A DNA stretch of 64,000 bases from NCBI GenBank assembly GCA_964474995.1, contig CAYYUY010000005.1, positions 7,816-71,815 on the forward strand. The letters run 5' to 3'. Below, piece after piece: positions 49,626 through 62,654 of this stretch (positions are counted from its first letter, which is position 1; every line of letters starts with the position of its first letter). This DNA comes from an uncultured Candidatus Saccharibacteria bacterium (GTDB lineage: Bacteria; Patescibacteriota; Saccharimonadia; Saccharimonadales; JALRHH01). Below the pieces are notes generated by a model that saw only the letters and a program-made list of their open reading frames with translations, had not been told where the DNA came from and did no database searches. The translations under genes and the position numbers were made by a program.

Positions 49626-50240
49626 TTACTTTTCGCAGGCGATACCATCTCCGTCGCGATCGAGCTTGCTCTGGTATGACTTGTCTGAACGCTTGATGTT
49701 GAAGACACCGGCATCGAAGGCTTCGGTACAGTTGTCAAATGTGCGACCATTCGTGGCGTTACTCGTTGTTTGGTTAGCAACCTTTTGCTTGGCTTCATCG
49801 CTTGGGATTGCTTCTGGCTTAGTAGTAGCAGAACTTTTTTCACCATCAGCAATCGTTTGAATCGGTGAGTACTTGCCATTGGCATCAAGTTGCGGCTTGT
49901 TGGTAGCCACAAACCCGAAACCAGCGGCCCACACGAAGAACAGGGCAATCAGTGCCTTGGCATAGGGGCTCTTTTTGAAACCTTCTGGGTCATGAATATA
50001 CCAAATGATGATTGCGACAGCTGGAATAATCGGCAGTAGCACAATCCACAGAATCCAGCCGACAAGGATGCGACGGCTTACCGTCCAGTTCTGGTAGCTG
50101 TTTTTGGTGAGCGGGAAGCGTGCAAGAATCCACGTTGCACTGCGCAAAAAGAACCCTGGGTGAGCATTCTCGGCACGTTGTGCTGCAATCTTGTCGTCTT
50201 CGGTCTTTGTTTTCTTGGTCTCTACGGTCTGGTCTGCCAT
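49626..50240 (-). CDS. Membrane protein with C-terminal Excalibur calcium-binding domain
   Basis: FDNCTEA...YQSKLDRDGDGIACE; GGAGG SD before ATG 50240. Confidence 0.88.
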   Translation of the reverse strand: MADQTVETKKTKTEDDKIAAQRAENAHPGFFLRSATWILARFPLTKNSYQNWTVSRRILVGWILWIVLLPIIPAVAIIIWYIHDPEGFKKSPYAKALIALFFVWAAGFGFVATNKPQLDANGKYSPIQTIADGEKSSATTKPEAIPSDEAKQKVANQTTSNATNGRTFDNCTEAFDAGVFNIKRSDKSYQSKLDRDGDGIACEK

Positions 50241-50375
50241 GTCATATTCCTCCAAATTTATGCCTGTATTATATTCCTACTACCGAAGTATTTAAACACA
50301 ACTTCTGGCACAAAATAATTATGAAGTAAGTGTACTTGTCATAATTCCTTTTAGTTGCTAAACTATTAAGTAACT

Positions 50376-50819
50376 ATGAGTAACACACGTCTTACTGCGC
50401 TACGCGCTGTCCTCGATAGCCTCGGTGGTTTCAAAAACCAGCTTTTCATTGGCTACGAATCAATCCGAAACGAGTTTGGGCTGACGCCACCACACGTCAA
50501 GATACTGATTGAGACCAATGCAAATAGCGAAGGTATAAGCCTCCGTGAAATTGCTGATAAGTTTCACGTCACACCGGGTGCTGTCACACAGTTTGTTGAT
50601 AAGTTAGTCGAGCATCATCTGATTACCAGATACGAAGATCCAACTGATCGACGCATTACACGAATCAGGGTAGCCGACGGTGCATCTCCGCAGGTAACAG
50701 CCATCATTGCGGCACACCGCAGAGTACTCGAAACAATGTTTGATAGTTTGTCCGATAGTGAACTCAATGAGCTTAGTCGATTATTACAAAAAACCAGTAC
50801 AAAAGAGGAAGAACAGTAA
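50376..50819 (+). CDS. MarR family regulator
   Basis: [25 protein letters not shown]; palindrome TAGTTGCT-N9-AGTAACTA at 50352-50376. Confidence 0.9.
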   Translation: MSNTRLTALRAVLDSLGGFKNQLFIGYESIRNEFGLTPPHVKILIETNANSEGISLREIADKFHVTPGAVTQFVDKLVEHHLITRYEDPTDRRITRIRVADGASPQVTAIIAAHRRVLETMFDSLSDSELNELSRLLQKTSTKEEEQ

Positions 50820-50821
50820 CC

Positions 50822-52390
50822 ATGGTAGAGAAATTAAAGAAAAAACTTGCTGGATCAAAAGGCGTACAGGTAGAACACGGTCGCCAGCTCGAACATGCAG
50901 AAATTATGGTAATCATGGCAGCGCTGATGTTGGCCATGCTCCTTGCTGCACTTGATCAGACGATTGTCTCAACCGCACTCCCCAAAATTGCCAGTGACTT
51001 GCACGGTCTCGACAAGCTATCATGGGTCGCGACCGCATACCTCATCACCAGTGCCGTGGTGACACCTATATATGGAAAACTTGGTGACTTATTTGGTCGC
51101 AAAAAGATCTTCCAAACAGCAATTGTCATCTTTTTGGCTGGCTCAGTACTGTGTGGCATGGCACAGAACATGGACCAACTCGTAATCTTTCGTGCTATTC
51201 AGGGCATCGGTGGCGGTGGTCTTATAGCCTTGATTCTCGCGATCATCGGTGAAATCGTACCACCACGTCAGCGTGGTAAATACCAGGGGTATTTTGGAGC
51301 AGTCTTTGGTATCTCAAGCGTGGCGGGTCCGCTGCTTGGTGGCTTATTCACGGAGCACTTGTCATGGCGCTGGGTATTCTATATCAACCTGCCACTTGGA
51401 TTTCTCGCTATGGCAGCAATCGCGACCAGACTACACCTGCCTGCTGTACGCCGCGAGCACAAGATTGATTATGCCGGAGCAACCCTTCTGACCATTTCAG
51501 TAATCAGTCTTATCTTTGGAACTGTATGGGGCGGCGTGACCTATCCATGGGCTTCATGGCAAGTAATCGGTATATTCGCAAACAGTATTTTGTTTGCGGC
51601 ACTCTTTGCGCTGCAAGAACGACGTGCAATTGAGCCAATTATTCCTCCGAAATTGTTCAAAATTCAGACATTCAACGTATCCGTGGCCTTGTCATTCCTG
51701 GCAGGTGTCGCAATGTTTGCCAGTATTCTCTATATCCCGCTGTACCAGCAACTGGTGCGCGGTAATACACCGACGGAATCGGGTCTGCTGATGCTACCGC
51801 TTGTGTTTGGTATGTTTACCATGTCATTGGTTTCAGGTCGGCTCATCACCAAAACAGGCAAGTATCGAGTCTTTCCAATTCTTGGAACAAGCTTATTGAT
51901 AGCTGGCCTGTTCCTGTTCAGCCACCTAAGCCTCACGACAAGTCACTGGTTACTGTCGCTATGGATGGTGATCATTGGCGCGGGACTCGGTAGCTTTATG
52001 CAGATCCCAACGCTGGCAGTACAGAACGCTACACCACGAAGTGATCTCGGTACCGCTACTTCAGCGGTCACATTCTTCCGTAGTATTGGCGGTGCGCTTG
52101 GTGGTGCCGTGTTTGGTACAATCCTCAACATACGCTTCAGCCACCACCTACATGCACTTGTGCCAAACGCCACGGCCGCTGCCGATCAGGGCCTCAAGGG
52201 TGGCCTATCTCAGATACAGTCACTTGCGCCTTCGATGCAGCACAATGTACTCTTGGCATTTGTACAATCATTCCAGGATATGTTCTTACTCGCTATACCA
52301 TTTGCAGCGCTTGCGCTCATAACTGCGCTATTACTACGTGAGACTCCACTTCGAACTGGTGACTTAGAAGTTGTTGCTGTCGAAGGGTAA
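50822..52390 (+). CDS. MFS drug efflux transporter, DHA2 (EmrB/QacA) family
   Basis: [41 protein letters not shown]. Confidence 0.95.
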   Translation: MVEKLKKKLAGSKGVQVEHGRQLEHAEIMVIMAALMLAMLLAALDQTIVSTALPKIASDLHGLDKLSWVATAYLITSAVVTPIYGKLGDLFGRKKIFQTAIVIFLAGSVLCGMAQNMDQLVIFRAIQGIGGGGLIALILAIIGEIVPPRQRGKYQGYFGAVFGISSVAGPLLGGLFTEHLSWRWVFYINLPLGFLAMAAIATRLHLPAVRREHKIDYAGATLLTISVISLIFGTVWGGVTYPWASWQVIGIFANSILFAALFALQERRAIEPIIPPKLFKIQTFNVSVALSFLAGVAMFASILYIPLYQQLVRGNTPTESGLLMLPLVFGMFTMSLVSGRLITKTGKYRVFPILGTSLLIAGLFLFSHLSLTTSHWLLSLWMVIIGAGLGSFMQIPTLAVQNATPRSDLGTATSAVTFFRSIGGALGGAVFGTILNIRFSHHLHALVPNATAAADQGLKGGLSQIQSLAPSMQHNVLLAFVQSFQDMFLLAIPFAALALITALLLRETPLRTGDLEVVAVEG

Positions 52391-52492
52391 GCATAACTAT
52401 AATAAACATCTGTAAGAATAGTTACAGTCCAACCTCAGTATGTAGTAGTACTATGAAGGTGCGTCAAAAGTAATGAGAAAGGCCAATTTATT

Positions 52493-52645
52493 ATGAAAAA
52501 AGCCAACGTACTCAAAAACCCAACACGCATTACAGATCTGAGTTTTGACGATCTGTACGAAGAGATCTCAAGTGACTGGGAGCTCAAAGCCGAACGCCTT
52601 CAAGCGCGAAGATGGCACGAGCTCAAACACAAACTGACTGCATGA
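52493..52645 (+). CDS. Small hypothetical protein (50 aa, absent from the ORF track)
   Basis: MKKANVLKNPTRITDLSFDDLYEEISSDWELKAERLQARRWHELKHKLTA; GAAAGG SD, TATAAT upstream, terminator downstream. Confidence 0.7.
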   Translation: MKKANVLKNPTRITDLSFDDLYEEISSDWELKAERLQARRWHELKHKLTA

Positions 52646-52663
52646 AGACAATAATCAACATAT

Positions 52664-52693
52664 AAAAACCACCCTGGAAACGGGGTGGTTTTT
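52664..52693 (+). terminator. Intrinsic terminator
   Basis: AAAAACCACCCTG-GAAA-CGGGGTGGTTTTT. Confidence 0.88.
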
Positions 52694-52738
52694 CATTGGC
52701 GGTACACCAGGGGCCATATATTCGGTACAATAGAGGCA

Positions 52739-55700
52739 ATGAATACGTATGAGGGTGAATACAAGAAGCTCAATACCGAGCAACGTCTAGCTGTCGATAC
52801 CATCGATGGGCCGCTACTAGTCATTGCCGGCCCTGGCACTGGCAAGACACAACTGCTCAGTGCCCGTGTAGCTCATATACTCCAAGTAACAGACACGCTG
52901 CCACAGAACATACTTTGTCTGACATTTACCGAAGTCGGGGCAGAGAATATGCGCGAGCGTCTAACGCGCTTTATCGGGCAAGCTGCCTACGATGTGCAGA
53001 TTGGTACCTATCATGCCTTTGGTGGCGATCTCATTCAGCGTTACCCAGAATACTTTATGGAATCCCGGCTTCAAAGCCCAATAGATCAACTCGGCCAGCA
53101 CCAGATCCTACAGGCACTCGTCGACAAGATGAGTTACCGCAACCCACTCAAGCAGGCGCAGCACCACCTCGGCGACTTGGTTAGCACTATTAGTGAAGTG
53201 AAGCGTGCACTCCTAACACCGGATGAATTACGAGCCATTGCCAAAGAAAACATGACGTTCATAAGTACTGCCAACAAGCAGCTACTCGAATTATTTGATG
53301 GGTTTGTTGGTACGAGCAGTTTCAAAAAGGCACACCCATACTTTGTCACGCTCTTACCAGCACTCGAGAAGCTTATTCCTACCAAAGCCACTAATCAACG
53401 TTTTGGGTCATTAGCCAGGGCAGCAGTTGGAGAACTCGAAGCCGCCCTCGAACTCGCTGAAGATATCAACAAAACTGGCCCGCTCACTACCTGGAAGAAC
53501 GCCTGGCTCAGCAAAAATAGCGATAATCAGTTCGTCATCGGTGGCGGACCCGAGAACGAACGTATGCTGGCAATTGCCGATGTCACCGAAAAGTACCAAG
53601 AGGCACTAGAAGCCCGTGGCCTCTATGATTTTGATGATATGATCCTCCGTAGCATTGTGGCTATGGAGGCCAACGATGATTTCAAATACACACTCCAAGA
53701 ACGGTACCAATATCTGTTGCTGGACGAGTTCCAAGACACCAATGCCGCACAGTTACGACTGATCACACTCCTGACAGACAATCCTGTGCACGAAGGTCGC
53801 CCAAATGTCATGGCCGTCGGTGACGATGACCAGGCAATCTATGCGTTCCAAGGTGCACAGTACTCAAACATGCTTGATTTTTACCAGTTGTACCGCGACG
53901 TTGCGGTGGTAAATCTCACCCAAAACTACCGTTCACATGCAGCAATACTCGAAACCGCCCACAACCTTGCGGGGCAGATCGATGCACGTTTACATACCAG
54001 CTTTGAAGGCATGACAAAGGACCTCGTAGCTGCAAATAGTTCATTGCCGAAAGAGGCTACTATTCATCGCACAGAGTTCCTGAGCGACGTGGCGCAGTAT
54101 GGCTGGGTCGCCAAGTCAATTAAACAACTCGTTGCCAGCGGTGCTAACCCAAGTGAAATTGCGGTACTGGCGCCACGCCACAAGTATCTCGAGCCACTCG
54201 TCGGCTATCTGAATGAAGCCGAGCTGCCAGTACGGTATGAAAAGCGTGAAAACATTCTCGAAACATCTATTATTCAGCAGCTGGTCACTATGTGCCGATT
54301 ACTGCGAGCACTCAACCGAGGACACACCACTGCTGCCAATGCGCTCTGGCCACAGGTACTGAGCTTTGCATTTTGGCAAATACCAATTAGCACTATCTGG
54401 CAGCTTTCCTGGGAAGCGAATGACAAGCGCACACAATGGAGCGCCCTAGCACTCGAGAACCAGGCTACCCGACCAGCTACGCTCCTGATGCTCACACTCG
54501 CTGCCCGCGCACCTATTGAGACTTGTGAGGCACTACTTGATCTATTGATTGGCACTGAGTCTGTGGCCACAAACGAGTTAGATCTGCCGGTCGTCAGGTC
54601 ACCGCTACGTGAATATTACACGAACCCAACACTGCAACAGGAAAACCCCGAGCTATTCTATGACACGCTGTCACATCTGACCGTACTGCGCCAAAAGCTC
54701 CGTGATCATCAGTATGCAGTCGATGAAATATTGCACCTCGATGACTTGATTGAGCTTGTAGAACTGTACGAAAGTGCAGGGGAACGCATGCTTAATACCA
54801 GTCCGTATAGTCAGGCAGCCCAAGCGGTGCAGCTAATGACAGTCTTCAAGTCCAAGGGGCTCGAGTTTGAACATGTATTTATCATTTGTTGCCAAGACGA
54901 TGTTTGGGGAAGTACCTCACGCGGTAGCGCCAATCGCTTAACACTACCTGCCAATCTTCGACCAATCCGTAAAAGCGGCACCACTGACGACGAGCGACTT
55001 CGTATTTTGTTCGTGGCGATGACTCGTGCCAAATTTGGCCTCTACCTGACCAGCTACCGTTACAATTTTGCGGGGAAGCTGACAAAATATCTCAAATATC
55101 TCAACGAACAAGAACAAACGGATGGCAGCCGAAAAGCCCTTGTGCTACCTGAGCCGAGTCAACTCATCAAGCTTGATGACAGCGAACGTCCCTCTATTGA
55201 GCTACTAACTATTGGCTGGCAAGACCGCCACACCGGTGGCTTACCTGATACGCAGTTACAACAGTTGCTTGAACAACGTATCGCCAACTATCAGCTCAGC
55301 CCAACACACCTTAACAGTTTTACAGACGTTATTTATGGTGGGCCCGAGAAGTTCTTTATGAACACTATCCTTCGGTTCCCGCAGGCCCCAACAATTAACG
55401 GACAATTCGGTAATGCCATCCATGAAACCCTCGAGTGGGTACAGCGACAAGTCAATGAGACCAGTACGTTACCATCGACTGCAGACGCGATTGATTACTT
55501 TGCCGTAGTCATGAAAAAGGCGAGCATGACGGCCGATCAGATCAAGCTCGAAATAGAACGCGGACAACATGCGCTGACGGCGTATCTTGCACAGCATGGT
55601 GCCAAATTCGTTACAGGGAACATCCCGGAGCACAACTTCAAAAATGAAGGCGTATTTGTCGGCCAAGCATTCCTGGGCGGCAAGATTGACCTGCTCGAAA

Positions 55701-56080
55701 TCGACAAACAGAACCGCACCATCACCGTCGTTGACTACAAAACGGGTTCGAGCTACAGCCGATGGAAGCCCGACGCCAAGCTGCACAAATACCGACAACA
55801 ACTCTATGCCTACAAGCTACTCATCGAGGGATCCAATCGATTTGAAGGCTACACCGTCACAGGTGGAAGGCTCGAATTCATCGAACCTGATTCAGATGGC
55901 AAAATACATTCTATCGACCTCATATTTGATACTGCTGAACTACAGCTCGTTACCAGGTTACTCCAGGCAATGTGGCAACGCGTCAAAGCCCTCGATCTCC
56001 CTGATATTTCAGGATATTCAAAAGACCTGAAGGGTATTCAGGCCTTTGAATCTGATTTGATTGATCAGTCGAAGAACTAG
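52739..56080 (+). CDS. UvrD/REP-family helicase with C-terminal PD-(D/E)XK nuclease (AddA/AdnB-like)
   Basis: AGPGTGKT, DEFQD, VGDDDQAIY, QNYRS, KGLEF, FVAMTRA; GKIDLL...VVDYKTG...QLYAY. Confidence 0.93.
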   Translation: MNTYEGEYKKLNTEQRLAVDTIDGPLLVIAGPGTGKTQLLSARVAHILQVTDTLPQNILCLTFTEVGAENMRERLTRFIGQAAYDVQIGTYHAFGGDLIQRYPEYFMESRLQSPIDQLGQHQILQALVDKMSYRNPLKQAQHHLGDLVSTISEVKRALLTPDELRAIAKENMTFISTANKQLLELFDGFVGTSSFKKAHPYFVTLLPALEKLIPTKATNQRFGSLARAAVGELEAALELAEDINKTGPLTTWKNAWLSKNSDNQFVIGGGPENERMLAIADVTEKYQEALEARGLYDFDDMILRSIVAMEANDDFKYTLQERYQYLLLDEFQDTNAAQLRLITLLTDNPVHEGRPNVMAVGDDDQAIYAFQGAQYSNMLDFYQLYRDVAVVNLTQNYRSHAAILETAHNLAGQIDARLHTSFEGMTKDLVAANSSLPKEATIHRTEFLSDVAQYGWVAKSIKQLVASGANPSEIAVLAPRHKYLEPLVGYLNEAELPVRYEKRENILETSIIQQLVTMCRLLRALNRGHTTAANALWPQVLSFAFWQIPISTIWQLSWEANDKRTQWSALALENQATRPATLLMLTLAARAPIETCEALLDLLIGTESVATNELDLPVVRSPLREYYTNPTLQQENPELFYDTLSHLTVLRQKLRDHQYAVDEILHLDDLIELVELYESAGERMLNTSPYSQAAQAVQLMTVFKSKGLEFEHVFIICCQDDVWGSTSRGSANRLTLPANLRPIRKSGTTDDERLRILFVAMTRAKFGLYLTSYRYNFAGKLTKYLKYLNEQEQTDGSRKALVLPEPSQLIKLDDSERPSIELLTIGWQDRHTGGLPDTQLQQLLEQRIANYQLSPTHLNSFTDVIYGGPEKFFMNTILRFPQAPTINGQFGNAIHETLEWVQRQVNETSTLPSTADAIDYFAVVMKKASMTADQIKLEIERGQHALTAYLAQHGAKFVTGNIPEHNFKNEGVFVGQAFLGGKIDLLEIDKQNRTITVVDYKTGSSYSRWKPDAKLHKYRQQLYAYKLLIEGSNRFEGYTVTGGRLEFIEPDSDGKIHSIDLIFDTAELQLVTRLLQAMWQRVKALDLPDISGYSKDLKGIQAFESDLIDQSKN

Positions 56081-56727
56081 CGCTTCTTTTTTGCGGTTCG
56101 CCTCTTGCCAGTTTCTGGAGCAAATAGATAGACGTAGACAGCCATACCAAGTGTTGCGCCAACGATTGGACCAGCTACGTATGAGAAGTTAAATGAGTTG
56201 AAACCGAGTGCAACGGCTGGGTTCAAAATACCAGCACTACCGAGGCTGGCAACAATGATACCCATCGTCAGTGATGCGCCGATGGCAACGGCTTTCTGGC
56301 CACCTTCAAACCCACGCTCGAGGGCGGCAATAATACCGAGGCCAAAGATTGCGGTACCAATCGCTTCGGCGACAATAACACGCCAGTCAACATTGGTCAG
56401 TACTGGTACTTGTGAATTGGTATGCTGGAACCATTCAGTGAGTCGCAGCGCTGCGAATGCACCGAGTAATTGCGCAGCAACGTAGCCGAGGGCTTCAATA
56501 GTCTTTGTTCGACGCTGCGTCCAGAGTGCAATCGTAACCGACGGGTTAAGGTGTGCACCTGATACAGCACCAAGGGTTAATACCGATATACCGACTACCA
56601 AACCAGCGACGACCGCTGGAAAGAATGCGAAGTCTGTCCGTGCCACAATGGCAAGCACTGAAGCTGTAAGTACAAATGTTCCAAAAAACTCAGCTGCTAA
56701 AGCAGCCGCTTTACGTTTGTCTGACAT
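56077..56727 (-). CDS. Aquaporin/MIP channel
   Basis: AEFFGT, SGAHLNPS, LNPAV. Confidence 0.92.
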   Translation of the reverse strand: MSDKRKAAALAAEFFGTFVLTASVLAIVARTDFAFFPAVVAGLVVGISVLTLGAVSGAHLNPSVTIALWTQRRTKTIEALGYVAAQLLGAFAALRLTEWFQHTNSQVPVLTNVDWRVIVAEAIGTAIFGLGIIAALERGFEGGQKAVAIGASLTMGIIVASLGSAGILNPAVALGFNSFNFSYVAGPIVGATLGMAVYVYLFAPETGKRRTAKKKR

Positions 56728-56800
56728 GTTTCCCCCTCATACTGATGAGCATTAATTATGATCCCAGCATATGCCGTGGATACATAAATTGCAATGGAAA

Positions 56801-57760
56801 CTATGCTGCGGTGATATAAACAGGCAAGTCACCAGCGGTCAGCACAGCAGCTACGCCAAGTGTGTATACAAGTTCACCCAAAAAAGCTTGCTGCTTTTCA
56901 GCGAGATTATCATATTCACGATGAGCGAGCTCTTGCATACGCCATACATCGACACCAAATACCTGTACTTGTTCTTCGCTCAAACTACGGACAAGTTCTT
57001 GGTTAACCGTCATATCAGCAACAGTGTTGAGCACGATGTACATCTCATTGTGACCACTATTAAGTTCCTTGACGATCTTGCCGTTATCGATAATCTCTTC
57101 GGCGACGTCTTTACCTTTGTAGTCTTGGCCAGCAATCTGAGTCGCATAGGATTCAAAGTTCGAAAATACGGTGTCCAGACCAGTCATATCAAGACCAAGG
57201 CTGGCTATTGTTGCCTGAATTTCATCCTTGTATTCCACGGCTGCCTGGATTGATTCAGGAGCCTTATCGATTGCGCCGCAACCACAGTCTTTATTTTCGG
57301 TGTGATAACCGGTGTGAGCACCAAAATCAATTTGTTTATTCTTCAATGTTTCAATTGACTCGTGAAAGACAGACTGTAGTGAATCACCGGCAGCTTCGCC
57401 GAGGCCAATTTTCATTGCAGCAGTCATTGCAGCTGCACCGCCAAATACTTTTGCACGATCAAGAGACTTTTCGCGGATAATAATGCCCTCTGTTGTCTTC
57501 TGTATAATCTGACCAACACCCCGCCCATCGCCACAACCATCATCATCGATTCGATTGCCCTGTTTGTCGCGAGAGACAGCTATCAATATAGCCGACGATT
57601 CAATTGCCGCCTCAACAGCAGTGAGTATTTCGCTACCAACTTCTTCTTTTCAAGCCTCATATGAGATCCCGCCGCTACCGTGACCCAGGCCATTTTCAAG
57701 CACTTTTGTTACTTCGAAGTCGGGTTTTTGAATTTCAACAGTCATATTAATATCAGTCAT
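56801..57760 (-). pseudogene. Zeta/cadmium-type carbonic anhydrase-like gene with an internal TGA
   Basis: CGDGR, GG, HT...CGCGA motifs; the frame continues upstream of 57586 to ATG 57760, interrupted only by TGA at 57652-57650. Confidence 0.55.
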
Positions 57761-57918
57761 CGTTATATGTTCTTGTTCTACCATGTCGTTATGAGGCAAG
57801 AGTGCCCGCGCTTTATATTACATTTTATAAAATTACAAAGTGGAATAATACTCCTGCTTAGTTGCGATTGCAAGCGGATTTAACCGTGGTACACTACATG
57901 TAGCGGAGGACTATCATC

Positions 57919-58299
57919 ATGGCAGCACAACCCGAACGAGAATCCCTTACACACCACATTGTTTCTTTGCCGCTTGTTGAAACAACCAGCGAAAATACTA
58001 TCCTCGACGAAAAGGCCGCTTTGGCCGTTTTTTTTGACCTTGAACAGAATAAATCGACCGTTCCATTCCGTACGCTCAAACAAGTTGACCTGATTCAAGG
58101 TGAAGTTGCCCCCAAACTAGATAGAATCGCGGGCGAGGCAACATATGTCATTTCTGGACATGAATTACGAGGTTTACTTGCGCGAGCAGCTATTGCCGGC
58201 GCAGCCCAGGCAGTGTTTGATATCGGCAAGACAATGGGCGAAATCGACATTGTCCAAAAAATGTATGAAACCACGTCCGATACTGACACCGACATATAG
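57919..58299 (+). CDS. Hypothetical protein
   Basis: 126 aa, GGAGG SD, TGG-TACACT extended -10. Confidence 0.7.
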   Translation: MAAQPERESLTHHIVSLPLVETTSENTILDEKAALAVFFDLEQNKSTVPFRTLKQVDLIQGEVAPKLDRIAGEATYVISGHELRGLLARAAIAGAAQAVFDIGKTMGEIDIVQKMYETTSDTDTDI

Positions 58300-58311
58300 C
58301 CCTGGAAATAG

Positions 58312-58347
58312 TAAAAGGAACTGCTCACTTGAGAGCAGTTCCTTTTA
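58312..58347. terminator. Bidirectional terminator ending the atp operon
   Basis: TAAAAGGAACTGCTC-ACTTGA-GAGCAGTTCCTTTTA. Confidence 0.88.
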
Positions 58348-58362
58348 TTTTACATAGCATCT

Positions 58363-58785
58363 CTAGCGGTGTTTGTGGCGGCGCAAAGTTGCAACCTTAA
58401 GGCGAACAGACGAACGATCAATCATTGCCTGGGCTTTATCGAGCTCAACTTGGTTCTTGGCGTCAGCTTTTTGCTGCTTGGCGAGCTCAAGGGCCTTTTC
58501 GGCTTCAGCTTCAACAATCTCGTCAGCATTATCGGCTTCGTCTACCAAGATACGCAGACGCGTTGGGTCGATCTCGGCCACACCACCATTGGCGGCAAAG
58601 TATTCACGAGCCTCATTGAGGTCAGTCTTTTTGCGGCGAACAGCAATGATACCAGGAACAGCCAGGGTCACAAGTGACTCATGGCCTGGGTAGACTGCAA
58701 TGTCGCCAGAAGCCGTTGGCAAGATGACTTCGTAAACGTCGTCATCGAGCTTGAGCCCCTGGAGTGTAATAAGCTGCAGCTTCAT
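58363..58785 (-). CDS. atpC: ATP synthase F1 epsilon
   Basis: LPTASGDIAVYPGH, GGVAEI; last gene of the operon. Confidence 0.95.
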   Translation of the reverse strand: MKLQLITLQGLKLDDDVYEVILPTASGDIAVYPGHESLVTLAVPGIIAVRRKKTDLNEAREYFAANGGVAEIDPTRLRILVDEADNADEIVEAEAEKALELAKQQKADAKNQVELDKAQAMIDRSSVRLKVATLRRHKHR

Positions 58786-58792
58786 GGAAGTG

Positions 58793-60214
<1,422 letters not shown>

Positions 60215-60239
60215 TTACGTAATTCAATATGGGTATTCA

Positions 60240-61106
60240 TCATTTCATGGCCTCCGAGCCGCCAGAAATTTCGGCTAATTCTTGGGTAATTGCTGCCTGG
60301 CGGACCTTGTTCATCTCGAGCGTCAAATCATCGATCAAATCACCGGCATTGTCGGTTGCGTTCTTCATGGCGATCATACGCATACTCTGTTCTGAAGCCG
60401 CAGCGTCTAGCAAGCCTTGGAGTAGCTGTACTTCGATCAAACGGATTGTCATGATCTCCAAAACGTCTTCGGCTGAGGGCTCAAAAGCCGCTTGCTGAAT
60501 CTCGTGGCTAACCACTTCTTCGTCGAACCCAGCCGGTAGTAATTGTTGCTGACGAGCAATCTGGATAATGCTGTTCTTGTATTTGGTGTATACCAGATCA
60601 ACGCTGTCGACTTCTTCATCGGTAAAGAGCTTCAAAGCAGTCGTGACGATTGGGCGCAGCTCATTATCGGTCGGGTATTCAGGGAAGTTTTGGTACGAAC
60701 CAATCACTTCAATACCCTTGAGTCGAGCAGCAAACTGCGCACCCTTGCGACCGATAGTAATCGTCTTGGTCACAATACCGGCTGCCTTGTCTTGCTGGAC
60801 AAGCTGCGTGTAGTGCTTGAGCACATTGGCGTTGTAAGCACCGGCAAGACCACGGTCACTGGTCACCAGGATAACGAGGCGTGATTTGACTGCACGCTTA
60901 TCAAACAAGTGGTGATTGTTTGTATCAGGCATGGTGCGTAGCTGCGTCAACAGCTCGCGGGCAGCCTGACTAAATAGCTGCACGGCAAGTGTTGCTTCCT
61001 GAGCCTTGCGCATCTTGCTACCAGCCACCAATTGCATCGCCTTGGTAATCTGGCGAGTGCTCTTGACCGACTTGACGCGGCTTTTAAGTTGACGAGTTGA
61101 AGCCAT
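60240..61106 (-). CDS. atpG: ATP synthase F1 gamma
   Basis: QITKAM, TSDRGLAG, RQAAITQELAEI. Confidence 0.98.
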   Translation of the reverse strand: MASTRQLKSRVKSVKSTRQITKAMQLVAGSKMRKAQEATLAVQLFSQAARELLTQLRTMPDTNNHHLFDKRAVKSRLVILVTSDRGLAGAYNANVLKHYTQLVQQDKAAGIVTKTITIGRKGAQFAARLKGIEVIGSYQNFPEYPTDNELRPIVTTALKLFTDEEVDSVDLVYTKYKNSIIQIARQQQLLPAGFDEEVVSHEIQQAAFEPSAEDVLEIMTIRLIEVQLLQGLLDAAASEQSMRMIAMKNATDNAGDLIDDLTLEMNKVRQAAITQELAEISGGSEAMK

Positions 61107-61114
61107 GGTTAGAT

Positions 61115-62638
61115 CTAGAAGCCCTTCGCGACTTTCTTAGCGGTCTTTTCGATGAGTTCTACGGTCTTTTCGGTAGGCTTGTCACCCTTGTTGAGTTCGT
61201 CGACTTCTTTCTTGGCAACATCGGCGAGTTCAGTCAGTAGAGCAGCCTGAACGTCCTTCATCTTGTCGACAGGCACGATATCAAAGATGCCGGCGTTGGC
61301 AGCAATGAGCGTTGCAGTCTGTTCCCAGACACTGAGTGGCTGGTACTGGTGCTGTTTGAGAAGTTCAGTCAAGCGCTGACCACGGTTGATAGATTGCTTG
61401 GTCTCTTCATCGAGGTCAGAACCAAACTGCGCAAACGCTGCAAGCTCACGGAACTGCGCGAGGTTCAAACGAAGTGAACCACTGACGCTTTTGACAGCCT
61501 TAGTCTGAGCAGAGCCACCGACACGAGAAACTGACAAACCAACAGAGATAGCCGGGCGGATACCTTGGTAGAACAAGTCAGTTTCGAGGAAGATCTGACC
61601 ATCAGTAATCGAAATAACGTTGGTTGGGATGTAGGCAGAAATGTCACCAGCCTGGGTTTCGATGATTGGCAGCGCAGTCAATGAACCAGCGCCGAGGTCG
61701 TCAGACAACTTGGCAGCACGCTCGAGTAAACGTGAGTGCAAGTAGAAGACATCACCTGGGTAAGCTTCGCGGCCCGGTGGGCGGCGAAGAAGGAGTGACA
61801 TCTGACGATACGCCGCAGCGTGCTTGGTCAGGTCGTCGTGAATGATCAAGGCATGACCTTTATTGTCACGGAAGTATTCACCCATAGCAGTACCGGTGTA
61901 TGGAGCCAGGAAGAGCAGTGAAGCAGGATCGGCCGGACTGGTTGCAACCACGATAGTCTGATCCATGACTCCTTCTTCTTTGAGACGTTCGACAAGTCGT
62001 GCAACCTTAGAAGATTTTTGACCAATCGCAACGTAGACGTTGATAACACCGGTCTTCTGGCGACCTTGGTTGATCATAGTGTCGATGGTAATGGCAGTTT
62101 TACCGGTCTGACGGTCACCAATGATGAGTTCACGCTGACCACGACCGATTGGCACCATGGTATCGATAGCCATCAGGCCGGTCATGAGTGGTTCATGGAC
62201 GCTTTTTCGGCTAATAACACCTGGGGCAGGACGTTCGACAAGGCCAGTAGCCTTAGACTTGATTTCGCCCTTACCATCGAGTGGGCGACCGAGTGGGTCG
62301 ACAACACGACCAAGCAGTTCAGGACCAACTGGTACTTCGAGCACTTTACCAGTTAGTTTGACCTTGGCGCCGGCTGATACGAGGCTGTCTTCGCCAAGTA
62401 GCACGGCACCGATTTCGTCTTCCATAAGGTTGAGGGCAAATGCCTCAACGGTACTGCCATCAGTACCTTCAATAGTTACGACTTGGTTGAAGCCACAAGC
62501 TTCGAGTCCGTAGATCCAAGCTACACCATCACCGATGCGGGTGACGATACCAGCTTGTTCTAGGCCCTCGCTGCTACGGAGGTCAGCAATTGCTGCCTGT
62601 AGCTCGCGCGAGAGTTCTTTGACGTTTAGTTCTGCCAT
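61115..62638 (-). CDS. atpA: ATP synthase F1 alpha
   Basis: [31 protein letters not shown]. Confidence 0.99.
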   Translation of the reverse strand: MAELNVKELSRELQAAIADLRSSEGLEQAGIVTRIGDGVAWIYGLEACGFNQVVTIEGTDGSTVEAFALNLMEDEIGAVLLGEDSLVSAGAKVKLTGKVLEVPVGPELLGRVVDPLGRPLDGKGEIKSKATGLVERPAPGVISRKSVHEPLMTGLMAIDTMVPIGRGQRELIIGDRQTGKTAITIDTMINQGRQKTGVINVYVAIGQKSSKVARLVERLKEEGVMDQTIVVATSPADPASLLFLAPYTGTAMGEYFRDNKGHALIIHDDLTKHAAAYRQMSLLLRRPPGREAYPGDVFYLHSRLLERAAKLSDDLGAGSLTALPIIETQAGDISAYIPTNVISITDGQIFLETDLFYQGIRPAISVGLSVSRVGGSAQTKAVKSVSGSLRLNLAQFRELAAFAQFGSDLDEETKQSINRGQRLTELLKQHQYQPLSVWEQTATLIAANAGIFDIVPVDKMKDVQAALLTELADVAKKEVDELNKGDKPTEKTVELIEKTAKKVAKGF

Positions 62639-62654
62639 AACGTAATAATTCCTT

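Noticed and set aside
57650-57652. Genome-wide TGA recoding (code 25) or selenocysteine
   Set aside because: TGA terminates dcd, the cyo genes and atpG with normal overlaps; long genes have no internal TGA; the codon is not at a catalytic Cys position
57891-57906. NrdR-box-like palindrome ACACTACATGTAGCGG
   Set aside because: Single copy upstream of a hypothetical gene; NrdR boxes normally occur in tandem before nrd genes
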